Origin: Eledone cirrhosa
Lineage: Eukaryota
Length of the DNA stretch: 64,000 nucleotides
Reading direction: 5' to 3'
Assembly (NCBI GenBank): GCA_964016885.1
Contig: OZ024740.1
Span: 25,544,001 to 25,608,000, forward strand
How positions within the stretch are numbered: position 1 is the stretch's first letter; each line of letters begins with the position of its first letter. Position numbers and translations under genes: made by a program. Below the pieces are notes generated by a model, which saw nothing but the letters and a program-made list of their open reading frames with translations, did not search any database and was not told the origin of the DNA. Shown one piece after another: positions 15,076-29,100 of the stretch.

Positions 15076-17149
15076 AGCTGTAGTTACTTCTATTGTAGTT
15101 GTAGTTATTTCTATTGTAGTTGTAGTTACTTTATTGTAGTTGTAGTTACTTCTATTGTAGTTGTAGATACTTCTATTGTAGATGTAGATACTTCTATTGT
15201 AGTTGTAGTTACTTCTATTGTAGTTGTAGTTACTTCTATTGTAGTTGTAGTTACTTCTATTGTAGTTGTAGTTACTTCTATTGTAGTTGTAGTTACTTCT
15301 ATTGTAGTTGTAGTTACTTCTATTGTAGTTGTAGTTACTTCTATTGTAGTTGTAGTTACTTTATTGTAGTTGTAGTTACTTCTATTGTAGTTGTAGTTAC
15401 TTCTATTGTAGTTGTAGATACTTCTATTGTAGTTGTAGTTACTTTATTGTAGTTGTAGTTACTTCTATTGTAGTTGTAGATACATCTATTGTAGTTTTAG
15501 TTACTTCTATTGTAGTTGTAGTTACTTCTATTGTAGTTGTAGTTACTTTATTGTAGTTGTAGTTACTTCTATTGTAGTTGTAGATACTTCTATTGTAGAT
15601 GTAGATACTTCTATTGTAGATGTAGTTACTTCTATTGTAGTTGTAGTTACTTCTATTGTAGTTGTAGTTACTTCTATTGTAGTTGTAGTTACTTCTATTG
15701 TAGTTGTAGTTACTTCTATTGTAGTTGTAGTTACTTCTATTGTAGTTGTAGTTACTTCTATTGTAGTTGTAGTTACTTCTATTGTAGTTGTAGTTACTTC
15801 TATTGTAGTTGTAGTTACTTTATTGTAGTTGTAGTTACTTCTATTGTAGTTGTAGATACTTCTATTGTAGTTGTAGGTACTTCTATTGTAGTTGTAGTTA
15901 CTTCTATTGAATTTGTAGTTACTTTTATTGTAGTTGTAGTTACTTCTATTGTAGTTGTAGTTATTTCTATTGTAGTTGTAGTTACTTCTATTGTAGTTGT
16001 AGTTACTTCTATTGTAGTTGTAGTTACTTCTATTGTAGTTGTAGTTATTTCTATTGTAGTTGTAGTTACTTCTATTGTAGTTGTAGTTACTTCTATTGTA
16101 GTTGTTGTTACTTCTATTGTAGTTGTAGTTATTTCTATTGTAGTTGTAGTTACTTCTATTGTAGTTGTAGTTACTTCTATTGTAGTTGTAGTTACTTCTA
16201 TTGTAGTTGTAGTTACTTCTATTGTAGTTGTAGTTACTTCTATTGTAGTTGTAGTTATTTCTATTGTAGTTGTAGTTACTTCTATTGTAGTTGTAGTTAC
16301 TTCTATTGTAGTTGTAGTTACTTCTATTGTAGTTGTAGTTACTTCTATTGTAGTTGTAGTTACTTCTATTGTAGTTGTAGTTACTTCTATTGTAGTTGTA
16401 GTTACTTCTATTGTAGTTGTAGTTACTTCTATTGTAGTTGTAGTTATTTCTATTGTAGTTGTAGTTACTTCTATTGTAGTTGTAGTTACTTCTATTGTAG
16501 TTGTAGTTACTTCTATTGTAGTTGTAGTTACTTCTATTGTAGTTGTAGTTACTTCTCTTGTAGTTGTAGTTACTTCTATTGTACTTGTAGATACTTCTAT
16601 TGTAGTTGTAGATATTTCTGTTGTAGTTACTTCTATTGTAGGTGTAGTTACTTCAATTGTAGTTGTAGTTACTTCTATTGTAGTTGTAGTTACTTCTATT
16701 CTAGTTGTAGTTACTTCTATTGTAGTTGTAGATACTTCTATTGTAGTTGTAGTTACTCCTATTGTAGTTGTAGATACTTCTATTGTAGTTGTAGATACTT
16801 CTATTGTAGTTGTAGTTACTTCTATTGTAGTTGTAGTTACTTATATTGTAGTTGTAGTTACTCTATTGCAGTTGTAGTTACTTCTATTGTAGTTGTAGTT
16901 ACTTTATTGTAGTTGTAGTTACTTCTCTTTTAGTTGTAGATACTTCTGTTGTAGATACATCTATTGTAGTTGTAGGTACTTCTATTGTAGTTGTAGTTAC
17001 TTCTATTGTAGTTGTAGTTACTTATATTGTAGTTGTAGTTACTTCTATTGTAGCTGTAGTTACTTCTATTGTAGTTGTAGTTATTTCTATTGTAGTTGTA
17101 GTTACTTTATTGTAGTTGTAGTTACTTCTCTTGTAGTTGTAGTTACTTC

Positions 17150-20100
17150 TATTGTAGTTGTAGTTACTTCTCTTTTAGTTGTAGGTACTTCTATTGTAGT
17201 TGTAGTTACTTCTATTGTAGTTGTAGGTACTTCTATTGTAGTTGTAGTTACTTCTATTGTAGTTGTAGTTACTTTATTGTAGTTGTAGTTACTTGTATTG
17301 TAGTTGTAGTTACTTCTATTGTAGTTGTAGTTACTACTATTGTAGTTGTAGTTACTTCTATTGTAGTTGTAGTTTGTTCTATTGTAGTTGTAGTTACTTC
17401 TATCGTAGGTGTAGTTACTTCTATTGTAGTTGTAGTTACTTCTATTGTAGTTGTAGATACTTCTCTTGTAGTTGTAGTTACTTCTATTGTACTTGTAGAT
17501 ACTTCTATTGTAGTTGTAGATATTTCTGTTGTAGTTACTTCTATTGTAGTTGTAGTTACTTCTATTGTAGTTGTAGTTACTTCTATTGTAGTTGTAGATA
17601 ATTCTATTGTAGTTGTAGATACTTCTATTGTAGTTGTAGATACTTCTATTGTAGATGTAGATACTTCTATTGTAGTTGTAGTTACTTCTATTGTAGTTGT
17701 AGTTACTTCTATTGAATTTGTAGTTACTTTTATTGTAGTTGTAGTTACTTCTATTGTAGTTGTAGTTATTTCTATTGTAGTTGTAGTTACTTCTATTGTA
17801 GTTGTAGTTACTTCTATTGTAGTTGTAGTTACTTCTATTGTAGTTGTAGTTATTTCTATTGTAGTTGTAGTTACTTCTATTGTAGTTGTAGTTACTTCTA
17901 TTGTAGTTGTTGTTACTTCTATTGTAGTTGTAGTTATTTCTATTGTAGTTGTAGTTACTTCTATTGTAGTTGTAGTTACTTCTATTGTAGTTGTAGTTAC
18001 TTCTATTGTAGTTGTAGTTACTTCTATTGTAGTTGTAGTTACTTCTATTGTAGTTGTAGTTATTTCTATTGTAGTTGTAGTTACTTCTATTGTAGTTGTA
18101 GTTACTTCTATTGTAGTTGTAGTTACTTCTATTGTAGTTGTAGTTACTTCTATTGTAGTTGTAGTTACTTCTATTGTAGTTGTAGTTACTTCTATTGTAG
18201 TTGTAGTTACTTCTATTGTAGTTGTAGTTACTTCTATTGTAGTTGTAGTTATTTCTATTGTAGTTGTAGTTACTTCTATTGTAGTTGTAGTTACTTCTAT
18301 TGTAGTTGTAGTTACTTCTATTGTAGTTGTAGTTACTTCTATTGTAGTTGTAGTTACTTCTCTTGTAGTTGTATTTACTTCTATTGTACTTGTAGATACT
18401 TCTATTGTAGATGTAGATATTTCTGTTGTAGTTACTTCTATTGTAGGTGTAGTTACTTCAATTGTAGTTGTAGTTACTTCTATTGTAGTTGTAGTTACTT
18501 CTATTGTAGTTGTAGTTACTTCTATTGTAGTTGTAGATACTTCTATTGTAGTTGTAGTTACTCCTATTGTAGTTGTAGATACTTCTATTGTAGTTGTAGA
18601 TACTTCTATTGTAGTTGTAGTTACTTCTATTGTAGTTGTAGTTACTTATATTGTAGTTGTAGTTACTCTATTGTAGTTGTAGTTACTTCTATTGTAGTTG
18701 TAGTTACTTTATTGTAGTTGTAGTTACTTCTCTTTTAGTTGTAGATACTTCTGTTGTAGATACATCTATTGTAGTTGTAGGTACTTCTATTGTAGTTGTA
18801 GTTACTTCTATTGTAGTTGTAGTTACTTATATTGTAGTTGTAGTTACTTCTATTGTAGCTGTAGTTACTTCTATTGTAGTTGTAGTTATTTCTATTGTAG
18901 TCGTAGTTACTTTATTGTAGTTGTAGTTACTTCTCTTGTAGTTGTAGTTACTTCTATTGTAGTTGTAGTTACTACTATTGTAGTTGTAGTTACTTCTATT
19001 GTAGTTGTAGTTTGTTCAATTGTAGTTGTAGTTACTTCTATCGTAGGTGTAGTTACTTCTATTGTAGTTGTAGTTACTTCTATTGTAGTTGTAGATACTT
19101 ATCTTGTAGTTGTAGTTACTTCTATTGTACTTGTAGATACTTCTATTGTAGTTGTAGATATTTCTGTTGTAGTTACTTCTATTGTAGGTGTAGTTACTTC
19201 AATTGTAGTTGTAGTTACTTATATTGTAGTTGTAGTTACTCTATTGCAGTTGTAGTTACTTCTATTGTAGTTGTAGTTACTTTATTGTAGTTGTAGTTAC
19301 TTCTCTTTTAGTTGTAGATACTTCTGTTGTAGATACATCTATTGTAGTTGTAGGTACTTCTATTGTAGTTGTAGTTACTTCTATTGTAGTTGTAGTTACT
19401 TATATTGTAGTTGTAGTTACTTCTATTGTAGCTGTAGTTACTTCTATTGTAGTTGTAGTTATTTCTATTGTAGTTGTAGTTACTTTATTGTAGTTGTAGT
19501 TACTTCTCTTGTAGTTGTAGTTACTTCTATTGTAGTTGTAGTTACTTCTCTTTTAGTTGTAGATACTTCTGTTGTAGATACATCTATTGTAGTTGTAGGT
19601 ACTTCTATTGTAGTTGTAGTTACTTCTATTGTAGTTGTAGGTACTTCTATTGTAGTTGTAGTTACTTCTATTGTAGTTGTAGTTACTTTATTGTAGTTGT
19701 AGTTACTTGTATTGTAGTTGTAGTTACTTCTATTGTAGTTGTAGTTACTACTATTGTAGTTGTAGTTACTTCTATTGTAGTTGTAGTTTGTTCTATTGTA
19801 GTTGTAGTTACTTCTATCGTAGGTGTAGTTACTTCTATTGTAGTTGTAGTTACTTCTATTGTAGTTGTAGATACTTCTCTTGTAGTTGTAGTTACTTCTA
19901 TTGTACTTGTAGATACTTCTATTGTAGTTGTAGATATTTCTGTTGTAGTTACTTCTATTGTAGTTGTAGTTACTTCTATTGTAGTTGTAGTTACTTCTAT
20001 TGTAGTTGTAGATACTTCTATTGTAGTTGTAGATACTTCTATTGTAGTTGTAGATACTTCTATTGTAGATGTAGATACTTCTATTGTAGTTGTAGTTACT

Positions 20101-23100
20101 TCTATTGTAGTTGTAGTTACTTCTATTGAATTTGTAGTTACTTTTATTGTAGTTGTAGTTACTTCTATTGTAGTTGTAGTTATTTCTATTGTAGTTGTAG
20201 TTACTTCTATTGTAGTTGTAGTTACTTCTATTGTAGTTGTAGTTACTTCTATTGTAGTTGTAGTTATTTCTATTGTAGTTGTAGTTACTTCTATTGTAGT
20301 TGTAGTTACTTCTATTGTAGTTGTTGTTACTTCTATTGTAGTTGTAGTTATTTCTATTGTAGTTGTAGTTACTTCTATTGTAGTTGTAGTTACTTCTATT
20401 GTAGTTGTAGTTACTTCTATTGTAGTTGTAGTTACTTCTATTGTAGTTGTAGTTACTTCTATTGTAGTTGTAGTTATTTCTATTGTAGTTGTAGTTACTT
20501 CTATTGTAGTTGTAGTTACTTCTATTGTAGTTGTAGTTACTTCTATTGTAGTTGTAGTTACTTCTATTGTAGTTGTAGTTACTTCTATTGTAGTTGTAGT
20601 TACTTCTATTGTAGTTGTAGTTACTTCTATTGTAGTTGTAGTTACTTCTATTGTAGTTGTAGTTATTTCTATTGTAGTTGTAGTTACTTCTATTGTAGTT
20701 GTAGTTACTTCTATTGTAGTTGTAGTTACTTCTATTGTAGTTGTAGTTACTTCTATTGTAGTTGTAGTTACTTCTCTTGTAGTTGTAGTTACTTCTATTG
20801 TACTTGTAGATACTTCTATTGTAGATGTAGATATTTCTGTTGTAGTTACTTCTATTGTAGGTGTAGTTACTTCAATTGTAGTTGTAGTTACTTCTATTGT
20901 AGTTGTAGTTACTTCTATTGTAGTTGTAGTTACTTCTATTGTAGTTGTAGATACTTCTATTGTAGTGGTAGTTACTCCTATTGTAGTTGTAGATACTTCT
21001 ATTGTAGTTGTAGATACTTCTATTGTAGTTGTAGTTACTTCTATTGTAGTTGTAGTTACTTATATTGTAGTTGTAGTTACTCTATTGTAGTTGTAGTTAC
21101 TTCTATTGTAGTTGTAGTTACTTTATTGTAGTTGTAGTTACTTCTCTTTTAGTTGTAGATACTTCTGTTGTAGATACATCTATTGTAGTTGTAGGTACTT
21201 CTATTGTAGTTGTAGTTACTTCTATTGTAGTTGTAGTTACTTATATTGTAGTTGTAGTTACTTCTATTGTAGCTGTAGTTACTTCTATTGTAGTTGTAGT
21301 TATTTCTATTGTAGTCGTAGTTACTTTATTGTAGTTGTAGTTACTTCTCTTGTAGTTGTAGTTACTTCTATTGTAGTTGTAGTTACTACTATTGTAGTTG
21401 TAGTTACTTCTATTGTAGTTGTAGTTTGTTCTATTGTAGTTGTAGTTACTTCTATCGTAGGTGTAGTTACTTCTATTGTAGTTGTAGTTACTTCTATTGT
21501 AGTTGTAGATACTTATCTTGTAGTTGTAGTTACTTCTATTGTACTTGTAGATACTTCTATTGTAGTTGTAGATATTTCTGTTGTAGTTACTTCTATTGTA
21601 GGTGTAGTTACTTCAATTGTAGTTGTAGTTACTTCTATTGTAGTTGTAGTTACTTCTCTTGTAGTTGTAGTTACTTCTATTGTACTTGTAGATACTTCTA
21701 TTGTAGTTGTAGATATTTCTGTTGTAGTTACTTCTATTGTAGGTGTAGTTACTTCAATTGTAGTTGTAGTTACTTCTATTGTAGTTGTAGTTACTTCTAT
21801 TGTAGTTGTAGTTACTTTATTGTAGTTGTAGTTACTTCTATTGTAGTTGAAGTTACTTTATTGTAGTTGTAGTTACTTCTATTGTAGTTGTAGATACTTC
21901 TATTGTAGTTGTAGTTACTTCTATTGTAGTTGTAGTTACTTCTATTGTAGTTGTAGATACTTCTATTGTAGTTGTAGTTACTTCTATTGTAGTTGTAGTT
22001 ACTTTATTGTAGTTGTAGTTACTTCTATTGTAGTTGTAGTTACTTCTATTGTAGTTGTAGATACTTCTATTGTAGTTGTAGTTACTTTATTGTAGTTGTA
22101 GTTACTTCTATTGTAGTTGTAGATACATCTATTGTAGTTTTAGTTACTTCTATTGTAGTTGTAGTTACTTCTATTGTAGTTGTAGTTACTTTATTGTAGT
22201 TGTAGTTACTTCTATTGTAGTTGTAGATACTTCTATTGTAGATGTAGATACTTCTATTGTAGTTGTAGTTACTTCTATTGTAGTTGTAGTTACTTCTATT
22301 GTAGTTGTAGTTACTTCTATTGTAGTTGTAGTTACTTCTATTGTAGTTGTAGTTACTTCTATTGTAGTTGTAGTTACTTCTATTGTAGTTGTAGTTACTT
22401 CTATTGTAGTTGTAGTTACTTCTATTGTAGATGTAGATACTTCTATTGTAGTTGTAGTTACTTCTATTGTAGTTGTAGTTACTTCTATTGAATTTGTAGT
22501 TACTTTTATTGTAGTTGTAGTTACTTCTATTGTAGTTGTAGTTATTTCTATTGTAGTTGTAGTTACTTCTATTGTAGTTGTAGTTACTTCTATTGTAGTT
22601 GTAGTTACTTCTATTGTAGTTGTAGTTATTTCTATTGTAGTTGTAGTTACTTCTATTGTAGTTGTAGTTACTTCTATTGTAGTTGTTGTTACTTCTATTG
22701 TAGTTGTAGTTATTTCTATTGTAGTTGTAGTTACTTCTATTGTAGTTGTAGTTACTTCTATTGTAGTTGTAGTTACTTCTATTGTAGTTGTAGTTACTTC
22801 TATTGTAGTTGTAGTTACTTCTATTGTAGTTGTAGTTATTTCTATTGTAGTTGTAGTTACTTCTATTGTAGTTGTAGTTACTTCTATTGTAGTTGTAGTT
22901 ACTTCTATTGTAGTTGTAGTTACTTCTATTGTAGTTGTAGTTACTTCTATTGTAGTTGTAGTTACTTCTATTGTAGTTGTAGTTACTTCTATTGTAGTTG
23001 TAGTTACTTCTATTGTAGTTGTAGTTATTTCTATTGTAGTTGTAGTTACTTCTATTGTAGTTGTAGTTACTTCTATTGTAGTTGTAGTTACTTCTATTGT

Positions 23101-26100
23101 AGTTGTAGTTACTTCTATTGTAGTTGTAGTTACTTCTCTTGTAGTTGTAGTTACTTCTATTGTACTTGTAGATACTTCTATTGTAGATGTAGATATTTCT
23201 GTTGTAGTTACTTCTATTGTAGGTGTAGTTACTTCAATTGTAGTTGTAGTTACTTCTATTGTAGTTGTAGTTACTTCTATTGTAGTTGTAGTTACTTCTA
23301 TTGTAGTTGTAGATACTTCTATTGTAGTTGTAGTTACTCCTATTGTAGTTGTAGATACTTCTATTGTAGTTGTAGATACTTCTATTGTAGTTGTAGTTAC
23401 TTCTATTGTAGTTGTAGTTACTTATATTGTAGTTGTAGTTACTCTATTGTAGTTGTAGTTACTTCTATTGTAGTTGTAGTTACTTTATTGTAGTTGTAGT
23501 TACTTCTCTTTTAGTTGTAGATACTTCTGTTGTAGATACATCTATTGTAGTTGTAGGTACTTCTATTGTAGTTGTAGTTACTTCTATTGTAGTTGTAGTT
23601 ACTTATATTGTAGTTGTAGTTACTTCTATTGTAGCTGTAGTTACTTCTATTGTAGTTGTAGTTATTTCTATTGTAGTTGTAGTTACTTTATTGTAGTTGT
23701 AGTTACTTCTCTTGTAGTTGTAGTTACTTCTATTGTAGTTGTAGTTACTACTATTGTAGTTGTAGTTACTTCTATTGTAGTTGTAGTTTGTTCTATTGTA
23801 GTTGTAGTTACTTCTATCGTAGGTGTAGTTACTTCTATTGTAGTTGTAGTTACTTCTATTGTAGTTGTAGATACTTATCTTGTAGTTGTAGTTACTTCTA
23901 TTGTACTTGTAGATACTTCTATTGTAGTTGTAGATATTTCTGTTGTAGTTACTTCTATTGTAGTTGTAGTTACTTCTATTGTAGTTGTAGTTATTTCTAT
24001 TGTAGTTGTAGTTACTTCTATTGTAGTTGTAGTTACTTCTATTGTAGTTGTAGTTACTTCTATTGTAGTTGTAGTTACTTCTATTGTAGTTGTAGTTACT
24101 TCTATTGTAGTTGTAGTTACTTCTATTGTAGTTGTAGTTACTTCTATTGTAGTTGTAGTTACTTCTATTGCAGTTGTAGTTATTTCTATTGTAGTTGTAG
24201 TTACTTCTATTGTAGTTGTAGTTACTTCTATTGTAGTTGTAGTTACTTCTATTGTAGTTGTAGTTACTTCTATTGTAGTTGTAGTTACTTCTCTTGTAGT
24301 TGTAGTTACTTCTATTGTACTTGTAGATACTTCTATTGTAGATGTAGATATTTCTGTTGTAGTTACTTCTATTGTAGGTGTAGTTACTTCAATTGTAGTT
24401 GTAGTTACTTCTATTGTAGTTGTAGTTACTTCTATTGTAGTTGTAGTTACTTCTATTGTAGTTGTAGATACTTCTATTGTAGTGGTAGTTACTCCTATTG
24501 TAGTTGTAGATACTTCTATTGTAGTTGTAGATACTTCTATTGTAGTTGTAGTTACTTCTATTGTAGTTGTAGTTACTTATATTGTAGTTGTAGTTACTCT
24601 ATTGTAGTTGTAGTTACTTCTATTGTAGTTGTAGTTACTTTATTGTAGTTGTAGTTACTTCTCTTTTAGTTGTAGATACTTCTGTTGTAGATACATCTAT
24701 TGTAGTTGTAGGTACTTCTATTGTAGTTGTAGTTACTTCTATTGTAGTTGTAGTTACTTATATTGTAGTTGTAGTTACTTCTATTGTAGCTGTAGTTACT
24801 TCTATTGTAGTTGTAGTTATTTCTATTGTAGTCGTAGTTACTTTATTGTAGTTGTAGTTACTTCTCTTGTAGTTGTAGTTACTTCTATTGTAGTTGTAGT
24901 TACTACTATTGTAGTTGTAGTTACTTCTCTTTTAGTTGTAGGTACTTCTATTGTAGTTGTAGTTACTTCTATTGTAGTTGTAGGTACTTCTATTGTAGTT
25001 GTAGTTACTTCTATTGTAGTTGTAGTTACTTTATTGTAGTTGTAGTTACTTGTATTGTAGTTGTAGTTACTTCTATTGTAGTTGTAGTTACTACTATTGT
25101 AGTTGTAGTTACTTCTATTGTAGTTGTAGTTTGTTCTATTGTAGTTGTAGTTACTTCTATCGTAGGTGTAGTTACTTCTATTGTAGTTGTAGTTACTTCT
25201 ATTGTAGTTGTAGATACTTCTCTTGTAGTTGTAGTTACTTCTATTGTACTTGTAGATACTTCTATTGTAGTTGTAGATATTTCTGTTGTAGTTACTTCTA
25301 TTGTAGTTGTAGTTACTTCTATTGTAGTTGTAGTTACTTCTATTGTAGTTGTAGATAATTCTATTGTAGTTGTAGATACTTCTATTGTAGTTGTAGATAC
25401 TTCTATTGTAGATGTAGATACTTCTATTGTAGTTGTAGTTACTTCTATTGTAGTTGTAGTTACTTCTATTGAATTTGTAGTTACTTTTATTGTAGTTGTA
25501 GTTACTTCTATTGTAGTTGTAGTTATTTCTATTGTAGTTGTAGTTACTTCTATTGTAGTTGTAGTTACTTCTATTGTAGTTGTAGTTACTTCTATTGTAG
25601 TTGTAGTTATTTCTATTGTAGTTGTAGTTACTTCTATTGTAGTTGTAGTTACTTCTATTGTAGTTGTTGTTACTTCTATTGTAGTTGTAGTTATTTCTAT
25701 TGTAGTTGTAGTTACTTCTATTGTAGTTGTAGTTACTTCTATTGTAGTTGTAGTTACTTCTATTGTAGTTGTAGTTACTTCTATTGTAGTTGTAGTTACT
25801 TCTATTGTAGTTGTAGTTATTTCTATTGTAGTTGTAGTTACTTCTATTGTAGTTGTAGTTACTTCTATTGTAGTTGTAGTTACTTCTATTGTAGTTGTAG
25901 TTACTTCTATTGTAGTTGTAGTTACTTCTATTGTAGTTGTAGTTACTTCTATTGTAGTTGTAGTTACTTCTATTGTAGTTGTAGTTACTTCTATTGTAGT
26001 TGTAGTTATTTCTATTGTAGTTGTAGTTACTTCTATTGTAGTTGTAGTTACTTCTATTGTAGTTGTAGTTACTTCTATTGTAGTTGTAGTTACTTCTATT

Positions 26101-29100
26101 GTAGTTGTAGTTACTTCTCTTGTAGTTGTAGTTACTTCTATTGTACTTGTAGATACTTCTATTGTAGATGTAGATATTTCTGTTGTAGTTACTTCTATTG
26201 TAGGTGTAGTTACTTCAATTGTAGTTGTAGTTACTTCTATTGTAGTTGTAGTTACTTCTATTGTAGTTGTAGTTACTTCTATTGTAGTTGTAGATACTTC
26301 TATTGTAGTTGTAGTTACTCCTATTGTAGTTGTAGATACTTCTATTGTAGTTGTAGATACTTCTATTGTAGTTGTAGTTACTTCTATTGTAGTTGTAGTT
26401 ACTTATATTGTAGTTGTAGTTACTCTATTGTAGTTGTAGTTACTTCTATTGTAGTTGTAGTTACTTTATTGTAGTTGTAGTTACTTCTCTTTTAGTTGTA
26501 GATACTTCTGTTGTAGATACATCTATTGTAGTTGTAGGTACTTCTATTGTAGTTGTAGTTACTTCTATTGTAGTTGTAGTTACTTATATTGTAGTTGTAG
26601 TTACTTCTATTGTAGCTGTAGTTACTTCTATTGTAGTTGTAGTTATTTCTATTGTAGTCGTAGTTACTTTATTGTAGTTGTAGTTACTTCTCTTGTAGTT
26701 GTAGTTACTTCTATTGTAGTTGTAGTTACTACTATTGTAGTTGTAGTTACTTCTATTGTAGTTGTAGTTTGTTCAATTGTAGTTGTAGTTACTTCTATCG
26801 TAGGTGTAGTTACTTCTATTGTAGTTGTAGTTACTTCTATTGTAGTTGTAGATACTTATCTTGTAGTTGTAGTTACTTCTATTGTACTTGTAGATACTTC
26901 TATTGTAGTTGTAGATATTTCTGTTGTAGTTACTTCTATTGTAGGTGTAGTTACTTCAATTGTAGTTGTAGTTACTTATATTGTAGTTGTAGTTACTCTA
27001 TTGCAGTTGTAGTTACTTCTATTGTAGTTGTAGTTACTTTATTGTAGTTGTAGTTACTTCTCTTTTAGTTGTAGATACTTCTGTTGTAGATACATCTATT
27101 GTAGTTGTAGGTACTTCTATTGTAGTTGTAGTTACTTCTATTGTAGTTGTAGTTACTTATATTGTAGTTGTAGTTACTTCTATTGTAGCTGTAGTTACTT
27201 CTATTGTAGTTGTAGTTATTTCTATTGTAGTTGTAGTTACTTTATTGTAGTTGTAGTTACTTCTCTTGTAGTTGTAGTTACTTCTATTGTAGTTGTAGTT
27301 ACTTCTCTTTTAGTTGTAGATACTTCTGTTGTAGATACATCTATTGTAGTTGTAGGTACTTCTATTGTAGTTGTAGTTACTTCTATTGTAGTTGTAGGTA
27401 CTTCTATTGTAGTTGTAGTTACTTCTATTGTAGTTGTAGTTACTTTATTGTAGTTGTAGTTACTTGTATTGTAGTTGTAGTTACTTCTATTGTAGTTGTA
27501 GTTACTACTATTGTAGTTGTAGTTACTTCTATTGTAGTTGTAGTTTGTTCTATTGTAGTTGTAGTTACTTCTATCGTAGGTGTAGTTACTTCTATTGTAG
27601 TTGTAGTTACTTCTATTGTAGTTGTAGATACTTCTCTTGTAGTTGTAGTTACTTCTATTGTACTTGTAGATACTTCTATTGTAGTTGTAGATATTTCTGT
27701 TGTAGTTACTTCTATTGTAGTTGTAGTTACTTCTATTGTAGTTGTAGTTACTTCTATTGTAGTTGTAGATACTTCTATTGTAGTTGTAGATACTTCTATT
27801 GTAGTTGTAGATACTTCTATTGTAGATGTAGATACTTCTATTGTAGTTGTAGTTACTTCTATTGTAGTTGTAGTTACTTCTATTGAATTTGTAGTTACTT
27901 TTATTGTAGTTGTAGTTACTTCTATTGTAGTTGTAGTTATTTCTATTGTAGTTGTAGTTACTTCTATTGTAGTTGTAGTTACTTCTATTGTAGTTGTAGT
28001 TACTTCTATTGTAGTTGTAGTTATTTCTATTGTAGTTGTAGTTACTTCTATTGTAGTTGTAGTTACTTCTATTGTAGTTGTTGTTACTTCTATTGTAGTT
28101 GTAGTTATTTCTATTGTAGTTGTAGTTACTTCTATTGTAGTTGTAGTTACTTCTATTGTAGTTGTAGTTACTTCTATTGTAGTTGTAGTTACTTCTATTG
28201 TAGTTGTAGTTACTTCTATTGTAGTTGTAGTTATTTCTATTGTAGTTGTAGTTACTTCTATTGTAGTTGTAGTTACTTCTATTGTAGTTGTAGTTACTTC
28301 TATTGTAGTTGTAGTTACTTCTATTGTAGTTGTAGTTACTTCTATTGTAGTTGTAGTTACTTCTATTGTAGTTGTAGTTACTTCTATTGTAGTTGTAGTT
28401 ACTTCTATTGTAGTTGTAGTTATTTCTATTGTAGTTGTAGTTACTTCTATTGTAGTTGTAGTTACTTCTATTGTAGTTGTAGTTACTTCTATTGTAGTTG
28501 TAGTTACTTCTATTGTAGTTGTAGTTACTTCTCTTGTAGTTGTAGTTACTTCTATTGTACTTGTAGATACTTCTATTGTAGATGTAGATATTTCTGTTGT
28601 AGTTACTTCTATTGTAGGTGTAGTTACTTCAATTGTAGTTGTAGTTACTTCTATTGTAGTTGTAGTTACTTCTATTGTAGTTGTAGTTACTTCTATTGTA
28701 GTTGTAGATACTTCTATTGTAGTGGTAGTTACTCCTATTGTAGTTGTAGATACTTCTATTGTAGTTGTAGATACTTCTATTGTAGTTGTAGTTACTTCTA
28801 TTGTAGTTGTAGTTACTTATATTGTAGTTGTAGTTACTCTATTGTAGTTGTAGTTACTTCTATTGTAGTTGTAGTTACTTTATTGTAGTTGTAGTTACTT
28901 CTCTTTTAGTTGTAGATACTTCTGTTGTAGATACATCTATTGTAGTTGTAGGTACTTCTATTGTAGTTGTAGTTACTTCTATTGTAGTTGTAGTTACTTA
29001 TATTGTAGTTGTAGTTACTTCTATTGTAGCTGTAGTTACTTCTATTGTAGTTGTAGTTATTTCTATTGTAGTCGTAGTTACTTTATTGTAGTTGTAGTTA

